A stretch of 64,000 nucleotides of DNA, taken from positions 3,808,001 to 3,872,000 of the forward strand of contig CBDDFZ010000001.1 of assembly GCA_965227515.1 (NCBI GenBank). The letters are read 5' to 3'. The notes under the pieces are model-generated. The model saw nothing but the letters and a program-made list of their open reading frames with translations, did not search any database and was not told where the DNA came from. The translations under genes were made by a program, and so were the position numbers. Shown one piece after another: positions 52,060-63,992 of this stretch. The stretch comes from Alphaproteobacteria bacterium. Its GTDB lineage: Bacteria; Pseudomonadota; Alphaproteobacteria; CALKHQ01. The first letter of the stretch is position 1, and every line of letters starts with the position of its first letter.

Positions 52060-52087
52060 ACAAACGAACTGCCGAGCGCGCCGGCGG

Positions 52088-52672
52088 CTATTGCTGCGCG
52101 AGCCGCTCCAGTGGCGGATAGCCCTTGTAGGCCCAACGGATGATCGCCTCGTTGGTCGCCGGGCCCTGCAGCCCGTCGATGCTGGCGGAGTAGAAGCCGA
52201 GCTGGTTCATCCAGCCTTGCCATTTGGCCACCATCTGGTGGTCCATCGACATCGACGTCGCCGCATCCTCGATCGCCAGTTCGGATTCGCCGATCTCGCG
52301 ATACGCCATCGACCGGTTGGCATAGGCCGTCGCCAGGTGCGGTGCGAGCTCGATCGCCGCCGAGTACTCGTCGATCGCCGGCTGGTAATAGCCGAGGCGC
52401 GCGTACGCATAACCCTGGTTGTGATGCCGGAGCGCATTCTGCAGGGAATCGCCCGCAGCACCGTAAACGCCCAGAGGGGCGTGGTTTTCCTGGGCCAGCA
52501 CAGGCGTGACGCCAGCCAGCCCGACACCGGCGATCAGCGCAAACGCCGTAACCCGCGACCAAGCAAAGCTTCGCCCGTCGCGCCGCCGCGAAACAAATGT
52601 ACGCAAGGCCCCCCTCCGTACTTCCGTTGTGATTCGTTCGGTTAACATGACCTTAGTGCGACATATCGTCAA
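52088..52672 (-). CDS. Secreted TPR protein with C-terminal peptidoglycan-binding-like motif; start likely downstream
   Basis: TPR repeats (AYANRS), [16 protein letters not shown]. Confidence 0.75.
   Translation of the reverse strand: MTICRTKVMLTERITTEVRRGALRTFVSRRRDGRSFAWSRVTAFALIAGVGLAGVTPVLAQENHAPLGVYGAAGDSLQNALRHHNQGYAYARLGYYQPAIDEYSAAIELAPHLATAYANRSMAYREIGESELAIEDAATSMSMDHQMVAKWQGWMNQLGFYSASIDGLQGPATNEAIIRWAYKGYPPLERLAQQ
52641..52656. promoter_or_regulatory. CtrA-like box
   Basis: GTTAA-catgacc-TTAG. Confidence 0.45.
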
Positions 52673-52833
52673 TTCCTGACCCAGAAATTAAGGTCGCCGC
52701 ACCAGACTTGCCGGTCCGGTTGCGTCCCACATCGCTTTCTGGCAATGTCCGCGCGCTTCACGTCAGGGCCGGCACCGCAATTGGCGCGGATTGCCGTGCG
52801 TCGCATGCTCAAGCAATCAGGAGATATAGAAGA

Positions 52834-54963
<2,130 letters not shown>

Positions 54964-54980
54964 CAGGGATCCCACTTCGC

Positions 54981-55024
54981 GAAACGACGGCCGCCGGCAC
55001 ACCACCGGCGGCCGTTTTCGTTTC
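54981..55024. terminator. Terminator hairpin after hppA
   Basis: ACGGCCGCCGG-loop-CCGGCGGCCGTTTT. Confidence 0.7.
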
Positions 55025-55276
55025 CGCGGTCGGCCGATGTACCCGCAAGAGGCCCAATAGCCAGCGGCACGTTCGGCGCAGCCGGGGGAACATCGGCTGG
55101 CCCAGCGCATACAGCTCGTCCTCCGACATCGTCCTGGCGTTGCGCGCCCTGGTGGCTTCGGCCACCACATATCCCAGCATCACATCCATGTGCAGCTCCG
55201 TTGTTTTGCGAAACTGCATGTTAGGGGCGTCCAATGGTCGGTTGCAGCGGCCGGGTTTCGAATATATCTTTCAAAA

Positions 55277-56161
55277 ATGAAAAACCTGCCGTGGGATGGC
55301 TTGCAGGCCTTCGCGCTGGTCGCGCGGCTGGGCGGGCTAACCGGCGCCGCCAAGGCGCTCGATGTGAGTCCCGCCACCGTCGGCCGCCGCATGCTGAAGC
55401 TGGAGACGCAGGTCGGCCGCCACCTGTTCGTGCGCAGCCAGACCGGCTACACGCTGACCGACGATGGCGCGGCGCTGTTCGCCCACGTCCGGGCGATGGA
55501 GGCCCAGACCCACCCGATCGGCGCCTGGCTGGGCGAAGAGGGCAGCCAACCGCTGGTGCGGCTTTCCGCCGGCAGTTGGACCGCGCGGTTCTTCACCACC
55601 AATTTCAGCCGGCTCTGGTCGCGCCGGGATCCGTTCCGGATCGCGCTGAAGACCACCGAGGCACGCCTGGACATCGCGCACCGGGAGGTCGAGATCGGGG
55701 TCCGGAACCTGCGCCCGGACACACCGGGGCTCGCCGCCCGCCGCGCCGCCGAGGTCGCATTCGCGCCGTTCCGGGCACGCGGCGGCCGACAGGGCGCGGA
55801 CGACGACTGGGTCGCCATCGGGTCGGACGAGGCCGTGACCCGCTCGTCGCGCTGGGTCAACCGCCAGCCGGGGCTCAACATCGTCGCCTGGGCGAACTCG
55901 CCGCGCACCCTCTGCGACCTGATCCGTGCCGGCGTCGGCAAGAGCGTGCTGCCCTGCTTCGCCGGCGACATCGACCCGCTGCTGGAGCGTGCCGGCGACA
56001 CCATCGACGAGCTGCAGGAAACCCAGTGGATCGTGATGCACAACGACGACCGCCACCGCGCGGAAGTGCGCACGGTCATCGACCGTGTCGCGGCGCTGGT
56101 GGAGGAGCACACCGCCCTGTTCGCCGGCCAGCGGCCGATCGGCGGCGCGGTCGCGCGCTGA
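55277..56161 (+). CDS. LysR family transcriptional regulator
   Basis: WDGLQAF..GGLTGAAKAL.VSPATVGRR..LE. Confidence 0.92.
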   Translation: MKNLPWDGLQAFALVARLGGLTGAAKALDVSPATVGRRMLKLETQVGRHLFVRSQTGYTLTDDGAALFAHVRAMEAQTHPIGAWLGEEGSQPLVRLSAGSWTARFFTTNFSRLWSRRDPFRIALKTTEARLDIAHREVEIGVRNLRPDTPGLAARRAAEVAFAPFRARGGRQGADDDWVAIGSDEAVTRSSRWVNRQPGLNIVAWANSPRTLCDLIRAGVGKSVLPCFAGDIDPLLERAGDTIDELQETQWIVMHNDDRHRAEVRTVIDRVAALVEEHTALFAGQRPIGGAVAR

Positions 56162-56283
56162 TCGCTTACACCCAGCAACACACCGGCACGAAAATGTCCC
56201 AGTGCCCCAACGGTTTGGTCACATTCTTTCGATAGACCTGCACGCCATTGGGAACATCTGGCAGCAAGCAGGGGCATCGCGGC

Positions 56284-56721
56284 ATGGCGCGCTACAACGA
56301 CGACCTGGTGGTCGAGAAGCTTCGGGAACACTTGGAACCCGGCGAGGAACTGAAGAACTACGCCTATGGCGTGAAGCAACCCGATATGTGGCTGCTGGTG
56401 CTGCTGATCGCGCTGGCGATCCTGCCGGGCCTTATCGCCGTCGCGTTGATGACCAAGGAATACATCGTCGGCCTGACCGACCGGCGCTTCATCGTGCTCC
56501 GCGTCAAGGGTGGCAAGGCCGAGGTGCAAGAGGTGCAGTCCTTCGACCTGTCGAACCTGCCGGCCGTGAAGGCCAGCACCGGCGGCATCTTCACCCACAT
56601 CCGCATCAACGGCGCGCCCAAGCCCTTCATCGCCAAGTTCCACCGGATGGGCATGAAGGAGAACCGGCGCAACGGCCAGGAGATCGAGGCCGCGCTGATG
56701 GCGGCCGCGCCGGCAGCGTAA
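56284..56721 (+). CDS. Hypothetical protein (bacterial PH-domain-like with one TM hairpin)
   Basis: LEPGEEL, IVGLTDRRFIVL; strong codon bias. Confidence 0.7.
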   Translation: MARYNDDLVVEKLREHLEPGEELKNYAYGVKQPDMWLLVLLIALAILPGLIAVALMTKEYIVGLTDRRFIVLRVKGGKAEVQEVQSFDLSNLPAVKASTGGIFTHIRINGAPKPFIAKFHRMGMKENRRNGQEIEAALMAAAPAA

Positions 56722-56821
56722 TGCTGCAGGCTCCGAAGCAAAACGTGATCCGCCGATGGCTTGCGGCGGCTCCGGCGTTGGCGCATGTTCGCGCATCGTC
56801 ACATTGGTTGGGGGACTCGCC

Positions 56822-58504
56822 ATGGTGGTGCGGCTGACACTGCTGGTTGCCGGCGCTTGGCTGGCGCTGAGTGCAGTGGCTTTCTCGGCGGAGCCGACTG
56901 GCGTCGTCGGCGGGCCGCATGCAACGCGCGCCCACGAGCCGCTGTTCTACGACAATCTGGTCCTGAACTGGAACGAGACCATGCTGGCGGCGGTGCGCGC
57001 CAACCCGCCCCGCCCCACCGTGACCGCGCGCAACCTGCACCTGGTGCACAACGCCATTTACGATGCGTGGGCGGCCTATGACGCGGTCGCCATCGGCACC
57101 CGTTATGGCGATGCCCTGCGGCGCCCCGCGGACGAGCACACCGAGGCCAACATGGCGCTGGCGGTGAACTATGCCGCGCACCGCACCGCCTCCGCGCTCT
57201 ATCCCCAGAACAGCGACCTTTTCGATGCCGTCATGCAGGCACAGGGCCTGCCGATCGACTGGGACGACCACGACCCGGCGAGCCCGGTCGGCATCGGCAA
57301 CCTGGCGGCCGAGGCGGTGCTGGCCTATTGGGCCGACGACGGCTCGAACTGGCAGGCGAACTACGCCGACACCATCGGCTACCAGCCGGTCAACGCGCCC
57401 GACGTGGCGCCCGGCAGCGACGCCTTCGACGCCAATGCGTGGCAGCCTCTGACGGTGCCGACCGGCGCGGTGCTGGACGAGCACGGCAATCCGGCGATCA
57501 CCGACGACCCCGACTCTTACACGGTGCAGTCCTACCTGACCCCGCATTGGGGCCTGGTGCGCACCTTTGCGATGCCCAGCGGGGACGCGGTGCGCCCGGT
57601 GGGCCCGCCGGTGTTCGGCGACCACAGCGAATATGTCGATGCCCTGGGCAACGTCACCACCAACCACGAGGCATGGCTGGACCAGTTCGGCGAGGTGCTG
57701 GTGCTGACCGGCAGCCTGGCCGATCCCGAATATGGGGCCGTCCGCCGTTGCATCGCAGAGTTCTGGGCCGATGGCCCGCGGTCCGACACGCCGCCGGGCC
57801 ACTGGAACCAGATCGCCCAGGGCATCGTGCTGCGCGAGGGGTATGGCATCGGCGACACGGCCAAACTCTACCTGGCGCTGACCGGCGCCCTGCACGACGC
57901 CGCGATTGCGGCGTGGGATGCCAAGCTCACCTACAACTTCAACCGTCCGGTGACCGCGATCCGCCATGCCTGGGCCGGGCAGCTCGTGATGTCGTGGGTG
58001 GGGCCCAACCGGGGCGTGCACGTGATCCCGGCCGAAGACTGGCAGCCCTACCAGCAGTCCACCTTCGTCACCCCGCCGTTCCCGGAATACGTCTCCGGGC
58101 ACAGCACCTTCAGCATGTCGGCGGCCACCGCGATTGCCGGCTACGTGGGCAGCGACGTGTTCTACGACCATGCCAATCCGGTCACCATCGGCCTGGACCT
58201 TGACGACTGGCCGGGGCCTGACACGCTGGGCCGCTTCGTCGACACGTCGCTGACCTTCGAGAATTATGACGGCCCGCCGATGGTGCTGCGCTGGCCGACA
58301 CTGTTCGACGCCGCGCGGCAGGCCGGCTTCTCGCGCCTATACGGCGGTATCCATATCCAGGATGCCAATCTGCGCGGTGGCGAAATGGGGGCGGCCATTG
58401 GCGAGATGGCGCTGGCCCACGCCGCAGCGTATTTCGACGGCACCGCCGCCATCGGCAACCCCGCTGACCTGGGCGCGCCACCGGTTCCGCCGGCACCGCT
58501 CTGA
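56822..58504 (+). CDS. Secreted vanadium-dependent haloperoxidase / PAP2 family
   Basis: WDAK....RP, PPFPEYVSGHST, SRLYGGIH; signal peptide. Confidence 0.88.
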   Translation: MVVRLTLLVAGAWLALSAVAFSAEPTGVVGGPHATRAHEPLFYDNLVLNWNETMLAAVRANPPRPTVTARNLHLVHNAIYDAWAAYDAVAIGTRYGDALRRPADEHTEANMALAVNYAAHRTASALYPQNSDLFDAVMQAQGLPIDWDDHDPASPVGIGNLAAEAVLAYWADDGSNWQANYADTIGYQPVNAPDVAPGSDAFDANAWQPLTVPTGAVLDEHGNPAITDDPDSYTVQSYLTPHWGLVRTFAMPSGDAVRPVGPPVFGDHSEYVDALGNVTTNHEAWLDQFGEVLVLTGSLADPEYGAVRRCIAEFWADGPRSDTPPGHWNQIAQGIVLREGYGIGDTAKLYLALTGALHDAAIAAWDAKLTYNFNRPVTAIRHAWAGQLVMSWVGPNRGVHVIPAEDWQPYQQSTFVTPPFPEYVSGHSTFSMSAATAIAGYVGSDVFYDHANPVTIGLDLDDWPGPDTLGRFVDTSLTFENYDGPPMVLRWPTLFDAARQAGFSRLYGGIHIQDANLRGGEMGAAIGEMALAHAAAYFDGTAAIGNPADLGAPPVPPAPL

Positions 58505-58677
58505 TCCGCACACACGCGGGGGGCCGCGCCCCGCACCCGATGCCCCTGCCCGGCATGCGGCCGCCGATGACGCGCATCTGAATTCAGAATGCGTCTATAG
58601 GTTGCTAGACGACCACACTACCTCGTGTAATCCTGGCGTTACGAGATCGCTGATGATCTTATTCGGGGGGTTACACG

Positions 58678-59385
58678 ATGATATTGCATACATATTTACG
58701 TCAAAACCACACGATAGTACGCGTTTCGAGTGCATTTGTATGCGGCCTGATAGCGCTTGTTGTGGCCATCCCCCAGGTGGAAGCCATGGTCATCTTCGGT
58801 GTCGCCGAGCACGATGCGGCGAACCCGGGCCCGTACCCGCAGTTCGCTGACGTCATGGCACGACATGCCGAGGAGACCGCACGGCAGTCGGCGGACTGCC
58901 CCGGCGGCGGCGACGCGTTCTGCCGCGCCGCGACGGTTTGGAGCGACACGACACGTGCCTGGTCCGGCCTGTCGTGGCGGCGGAAGCTGGATCTGGTCAA
59001 TAGCCACTTCAACCGCATGCCCTACAGCGCCGACGAGGCCAACTGGCAGCAGACCGACTACTGGACCACGCCGCATCAGTTTGTGCAGCATGGCGGCGAC
59101 TGCGAGGACTATGCGATTGCCAAGTACTTCGCGCTGCGCCAGTTGGGCTTCGATGCCGATAGTCTGCGCATCGTGATCGCGGTCGACGAGCGGCGGCGGG
59201 TGCTGCATGCGGTGCTGGTGGTGCATGTGCAGGGCGAGACGTTTCTGTTGGACAGCCTGCAGCCGGATGTGGGGACGCCCGAGGACGCGACGCAGTACAC
59301 GCCGCTGATGTCACTCAATGAGCACGGCCGCTGGTATTTCTTCGAGGCCCGAGGCGCCGCCAATCTGGCGCTCTCGCCGGAATAG
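58678..59385 (+). CDS. Bacterial transglutaminase-like cysteine peptidase (BTLCP, LapG-like)
   Basis: DYWTTP, GDCEDYAIAKY, HAVLVV, LLDS. Confidence 0.9.
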   Translation: MILHTYLRQNHTIVRVSSAFVCGLIALVVAIPQVEAMVIFGVAEHDAANPGPYPQFADVMARHAEETARQSADCPGGGDAFCRAATVWSDTTRAWSGLSWRRKLDLVNSHFNRMPYSADEANWQQTDYWTTPHQFVQHGGDCEDYAIAKYFALRQLGFDADSLRIVIAVDERRRVLHAVLVVHVQGETFLLDSLQPDVGTPEDATQYTPLMSLNEHGRWYFFEARGAANLALSPE

Positions 59386-59428
59386 TGGCACCACGCCGAC
59401 GCTCGAACATGGCCGGGCACTTGATATC

Positions 59429-59470
59429 ATCTCCCATATTTGTAAGTATATACTTACATAATTGGGAGAT
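59429..59470. promoter_or_regulatory. Operator-like nested inverted repeat
   Basis: Perfect 18-bp TGTAAGTATATACTTACA (59441-59458) inside ATCTCCCA...TGGGAGAT. Confidence 0.65.
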
Positions 59471-59774
59471 GGCGATGCTGGCTTTTCACATCCGCTACAG
59501 GGTGGCGCCGGAGCGCGCGGACGAGAATGCGGCGGCAGTGGCGGAATTCGTTGCCACTATGGCGAAGGAAGGCGACCCCGGTGTCAGCTACACGTCCTAC
59601 CGGCTGAACGAGACCGCGTTCGTCCATGTCGCCCACTTCGCCGACGAAGACGCCAAGGCGCGGTTCCAGGCGCATCCGGCGTTCGCCGGCTTCGCCGCCG
59701 GGCTGAAGGACCGCGCGGTCGACGGGCCGACGGCCACCCAGATCGACGTGGTGGCGACCACCACGCCGCTGTAG
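59469..59774 (+). CDS. Small ABM/dimeric alpha-beta barrel-like protein
   Basis: IRYRV, FVHVAHF, PAFAGF; GGGAG RBS. Confidence 0.7.
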   Translation: MAMLAFHIRYRVAPERADENAAAVAEFVATMAKEGDPGVSYTSYRLNETAFVHVAHFADEDAKARFQAHPAFAGFAAGLKDRAVDGPTATQIDVVATTTPL

Positions 59775-59783
59775 CGCGCACTA

Positions 59784-60604
59784 AGGCCTGTTGAGATTCA
59801 GGATTCCTCTCCGTGCTTGGTTGTGATTCAAGCTTCGGATGGAACGATTCGTACTGAGTGACGCCCAATGGGCGAAGATGGAACCCCATTGCTTGGGCAA
59901 GCCGAGCGATCCGGGCCGCAGTGGCGCTGACAACCGGCGCTTTGTCGAAGCCGTGCTGTGGGTGGTGCGTACGGGCAGCCCGTGGCGTGATCTCCCGACA
60001 TCTTTTGGCCCTTGGAACACGGTCTTTAAGCGATACCGCGACTGGGTCAAAGCAGACGTCTTCGTGCGGCTGTTCGAGGCCTGCTTGGACGAGCCGGACA
60101 TGGAATACGCCATGGTTGATGCCACCATTGTCAAGGTGCACCGCCACGGCCAGGGCGCAAAAGGGGGACTCAAAGCCAGGCCATCGGCCGCTCCAAGGGC
60201 GGGATGACGACGAAGATCCTCGCGCTGTGTGATGCGCTTGGCAATCTGGTGCGTTTCGTGCTCCTGCCCGGCCATCGCTACGATACGGTTGGCGTGCCGC
60301 CGCTCATCGACGGACTCTCCTTCAAGGCGATGATCGCGGACAAAGCGTTCGACACCAGCGCCATCGTTGCTGACCTCAACGAGCGCGGTGCCAAGATCGT
60401 CATATCCCAGCATCCGCGCCGCGCCAGCCCGCTGCAAATCGACGCCGAGATGTACAAATGGCGTCATCTGATCGAAAACTTCTTCTGCAAACTCAAAGAG
60501 TTCAAGCGAATCGCCATGCGTGCAGACAAAACCGACACAAGCTTCAACGCCATCATCCATCTCGCAGCAGCTGTCATAAACTCGCGATGAATCTCAACAG
60601 GCCC
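59784..60604 (+). mobile_element. IS5 family (IS427 group) insertion sequence
   Basis: 16-bp perfect IRs GGCCTGTTGAGATTCA (59785-59800 and 60588-60603); TA duplications at 59782 and 60605. Confidence 0.92.
59839..60590 (+). CDS. IS5 transposase, two ORFs joined by a -1 frameshift
   Basis: ORF1 59839-60207 (LSDAQW, WRDLP..GPWNTV), slippery AAAAGGGGG 60159-60167, ORF2 (ADKAFD, YKWRHLIENFF). Confidence 0.9.
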
Positions 60605-60778
60605 TAGAGCATGATCACTTAAGTCGGCACCAGCCCTCTCCCCCACCCGGCCACCGCCCATACTCCACGGGGAGAGTATCCTGCTGGGTGGCCGGGTGCC
60701 AAAAGGGAGCGCGGATGCGCGACCGCATGGAAATGGGAGAGGGCTGGCACAGATTCAGCGTAAGCTGATCCCGGTCTA
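60605..60778 (+). mobile_element. TA-flanked MITE/CIR-like element copy 2
   Basis: Same termini as copy 1, longer centre. Confidence 0.8.
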
Positions 60779-61378
60779 ACGGCGGTACCAGAAGCGCGCC
60801 GGGCCGGTGTCCATGTGTACGAACTGGCTGCGCCAATAGATGCCCAGCCCCCCTGCCCCGATGCGCTGTGCCTGGTTGGCCAGGATGTGGATGCCATAGC
60901 CCTGCACCGCCACGTCCACGGCCATTCCCTCCTTGTGGTAGCTGTTGAGCGCCGCGCCCTCGCTACGCAACGCCTCGTTGGTCGCCTCGGTGCGGAAGCC
61001 TGAGAGCACGCTGAGCGTCACCAGATGGCCGCGCGCTACCATGTACCGGCTGGTCAGCGCCCACATCAGGTCATAGACGCCGGGGTCCATGGCCACCGCC
61101 ACCCCCTCGCGAAAGTCGCGGGTCAGCCAGTCCAGCGCGTCCAGCGCTTCCGGCTGGTAGTCGGTGCCGTCATGATAGATGTCGTCAAACCGGTCGCCGG
61201 TGTGCACATTGTGCAGACGCAATCGACGCTCGCCAGCGGCCAGCGCCGGCCGGTGAGGCACCGCCGCCGCCACGCCCAGCGCTGCCGCGCCGGCCAGGAA
61301 GCGGCGCCGTCCGGTGCGGGCCCGGGAGGTGTCGACCGGGGAGCTGTCGTCCGATGCTGTGCGCGTCATCACATTCAT
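60776..61378 (-). CDS. YcbK/MepK (DUF882, peptidase M15) family protein, Tat signal
   Basis: RRRFL Tat motif, SGFR..TN..L, SYH..GMAVD, FVHMDTGP. Confidence 0.9.
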   Translation of the reverse strand: MNVMTRTASDDSSPVDTSRARTGRRRFLAGAAALGVAAAVPHRPALAAGERRLRLHNVHTGDRFDDIYHDGTDYQPEALDALDWLTRDFREGVAVAMDPGVYDLMWALTSRYMVARGHLVTLSVLSGFRTEATNEALRSEGAALNSYHKEGMAVDVAVQGYGIHILANQAQRIGAGGLGIYWRSQFVHMDTGPARFWYRR

Positions 61379-61460
61379 CCATGAACCCGTTCATTAGACA
61401 GCGCGACCGATATCCCGCAGCCCATACCCCCCTCAATCAAAGACCAGGGAGAAACCCGAC

Positions 61461-62834
61461 ATGACCCACGATAAATGGGGTGAACCGGTATCCAACGCCA
61501 GCGCTTCCGCCATCGAGCAATACAACGAAGCCGTCGGCAGCATGCTGCGCTACGTCGGTGATCCGACGGAACCGCTTAGCATTGCGTTAACCGAAAGCCC
61601 CGACTTCGCCCTCGCCCGCTGCTTCACCGCCGAGATCTGCGCCGTGATGACCCAGCCGGAGCTGATGGACGACGCGGCCAAGGAGGTCGCGGCCGCCGAA
61701 TCGGTCGCCACCGCCAATGAGCGCGAGCGCGGCCACATCGCCGCCGCCAAGGCGCTGGTCGCCGGCGACTACGACGACGCGGCCGACAAGTTCGAGCGCA
61801 TCCTGATCGATCACCCCCACGACATGCAAGCGCTGCAGATGGCGCACCTGATGGATTTCTACCGGGGAGACGCGGTGAACCTGCGCGACCGCATCGCGCG
61901 GCGCCGCCCGTACTGGTCCGCCAGCGACCCGGACTACGGGTTCGTGCTGGGCATGCAGGCATTCGGCCTGGAGGAATGCAACCAGTACGCCGAGGCCGAG
62001 GAGGCCGGCCGCGCAGCGCTGGAACAGGCCGCGGAGGATTGCTGGGCGACTCACGCCGTGACCCACGTGTTGGAGATGCAGGGGCGCCACGCGGAGGGCA
62101 TTCCCTTCCTCGCCGGCAGTGAGGCGAACTGGGCGCAGGACGGCAACGCCTTCGCCTATCACAATTGGTGGCACCTCTCGCTGTTCCACCTGGAGCAGGA
62201 GTCCTTCGACGAGGTGCGCCGGCTCTACGACGAGAAGATCCACCCTGGGCAGACCGACATCGCGCTGGAGCTGATCGACGCCTCGGCCATCCTGTGGCGA
62301 CTGCACCTGATGGACCAGCCCGTCGGCGACCGCTGGAACGAGATCGCCGATGCCTGGGAAGCGCGGGTCCAGGACGGCTACTACGCCTTCAACGATGCCC
62401 ACGCGATGATGGCGTTTGTCGGCGCCGACCGCCCGGCCGCGGCCAAGGCTTTGTTGCGGCGGATGACCGAGGCGACCGACGGGTCGTCCACCAACGCCAT
62501 GATGACCCGCGATATCGGCTTGCCGGTCGCGCGCGCCATCCAGGCGTTCGGCAATGGTGATTATGCGACCGCGACCGACCTGTTGCTGCCGGTGCGGGCC
62601 TACGCCAACCGCTTCGGCGGCAGCCATGCCCAGCGCGATGTGCTGACCCGCACCTTGATCGAGGCGGCGCTGCGGGCCGGGCAGTACTCGGCCGCCCGCG
62701 CGGTGTGCAACGAGCGGACGGCCGCGAAGCCGAAGAGCCCGTTCCTGTGGAAGCAGATGATCCGCGCGACCCGCGGACTCGGTGACACGGCCGCGACCGA
62801 GACGGCCGAGGCAAAGCTGGCGGCGGCGGCCTGA
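61461..62834 (+). CDS. TTC38-like tetratricopeptide repeat protein
   Basis: WATHAVTHVLEMQG, HNWWHL, GGSHAQRDV. Confidence 0.9.
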   Translation: MTHDKWGEPVSNASASAIEQYNEAVGSMLRYVGDPTEPLSIALTESPDFALARCFTAEICAVMTQPELMDDAAKEVAAAESVATANERERGHIAAAKALVAGDYDDAADKFERILIDHPHDMQALQMAHLMDFYRGDAVNLRDRIARRRPYWSASDPDYGFVLGMQAFGLEECNQYAEAEEAGRAALEQAAEDCWATHAVTHVLEMQGRHAEGIPFLAGSEANWAQDGNAFAYHNWWHLSLFHLEQESFDEVRRLYDEKIHPGQTDIALELIDASAILWRLHLMDQPVGDRWNEIADAWEARVQDGYYAFNDAHAMMAFVGADRPAAAKALLRRMTEATDGSSTNAMMTRDIGLPVARAIQAFGNGDYATATDLLLPVRAYANRFGGSHAQRDVLTRTLIEAALRAGQYSAARAVCNERTAAKPKSPFLWKQMIRATRGLGDTAATETAEAKLAAAA

Positions 62835-62856
62835 CCGCAGGCCTCCCCGTTGGATC

Positions 62857-62974
62857 TAGATCGGGATCAGCTAACGCTGAATCTGCCCCGACCGTCTCCG
62901 CCACCGCTACAATAACCGCAGCGGCCACAAAATGAGATACAAGGGCCGGGGCCGACTTACGTGATCATGCTCTA
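62857..62974 (-). mobile_element. TA-flanked MITE/CIR-like element copy 3 (inverted)
   Basis: TAGATCGGGATCAGCTAACGCTGAATC ... CCGACTTACGTGATCATGCTCTA. Confidence 0.75.
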
Positions 62975-63238
62975 CGCGAGGGATCGAGGACCGGCCAGAA
63001 CGGCACCGGGCGCCTCATCCCTCGCTTCACAGGCCTGCCCGATCTCCCAAATGGCATGTTCCAGCATCGTGGCGGACTGACCGATGCCCATGCCGCGCAA
63101 ATCTTCGGCCAGATAGGCCAGGCAGTGTTGAATCGCCGCGGCCTGGCGCTCCCAGTCCTCGTCCTGACGAATCACCGCCTCGAGCAACGCGGCGCTATTG
63201 CGAGCTGTCATTTCAAGATTTCTCCCTGAAAACACCAA
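62972..63238 (-). CDS. Small hypothetical protein
   Basis: Plausible ORF (IQHCLAYLAEDL..G); GGGAG upstream of MTARN. Confidence 0.5.
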   Translation of the reverse strand: MVFSGRNLEMTARNSAALLEAVIRQDEDWERQAAAIQHCLAYLAEDLRGMGIGQSATMLEHAIWEIGQACEARDEAPGAVLAGPRSLA

Positions 63239-63329
63239 CTACGTGTCGTGACGTCGCGGTGTCGGACCTTGGGGATTCGATCGTGCTGCGGCCAAATGCC
63301 GTAGAAACAAACTCGTCATTTGAGGTAAC

Positions 63330-63992
63330 TTGCCGTCTTCGCTGCAACGTGCCGCCCAACTGACGAGAGGTTGCATGGCCAGGATTGGCTGGTGGCGCAT
63401 TTGTTTCCTTGCGGGCAATGCTCACCGAACCATCACGAGAAAAGAATTTCTCGATCTCAAATCCGGTGTTGAAACGCTGCCCGAATTCGCGGGCCAACAT
63501 TGGCGTGTCGCCCATGTCTTCGCGATCTGTAAGGATCAAGTGCCTGTCGATATCGTCGCGGTAGAAGGGATTGTCTGGCGCTTCGACCGGCTCGGGGCGG
63601 TCGATCATGGCGTGCCCCCCTTCGACATGGCCGCCTTCAATCGCAGATTGCGCGGCCTGCGCGACCGGCCGACGCCGTTCAAGACAGGCGACCGTTGGCA
63701 TCCGACGCCTGCCGAAATGGCGGTCGTGGAGCGCGTCGTCTGGCCTGGAGGACGCGGTGCGACGATGCCGGCGCGCGAAGAGCGGGACTGGGTGCCGAAC
63801 TCGCCCCTGTCGCGCGCCTTCAAGGCCGTCGACGATGCCGCGCAATGGCACGAACTCACCGGGATATCCCAGTTGGTGCAATTGACGCCCAAGGTCACAC
63901 GCCAGATCGCCACCGCCTTGCGGCTCGACCCCGATGCGATCAACGCGCTGATCGCGGCAAATGCCGGCGACGCACACGGCGCTCGTCATTGA
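63330..63992 (+). CDS. Hypothetical protein (start uncertain, possibly 63375)
   Basis: Long ORF with no recognised motif. Confidence 0.5.
   Translation: MPSSLQRAAQLTRGCMARIGWWRICFLAGNAHRTITRKEFLDLKSGVETLPEFAGQHWRVAHVFAICKDQVPVDIVAVEGIVWRFDRLGAVDHGVPPFDMAAFNRRLRGLRDRPTPFKTGDRWHPTPAEMAVVERVVWPGGRGATMPAREERDWVPNSPLSRAFKAVDDAAQWHELTGISQLVQLTPKVTRQIATALRLDPDAINALIAANAGDAHGARH

Noticed and set aside
60159-60207. IS5 transposase as a pseudogene
   Set aside because: The break coincides with the AAAAGGGGG slippery site typical of programmed frameshifting in this group, and the IRs are perfect.
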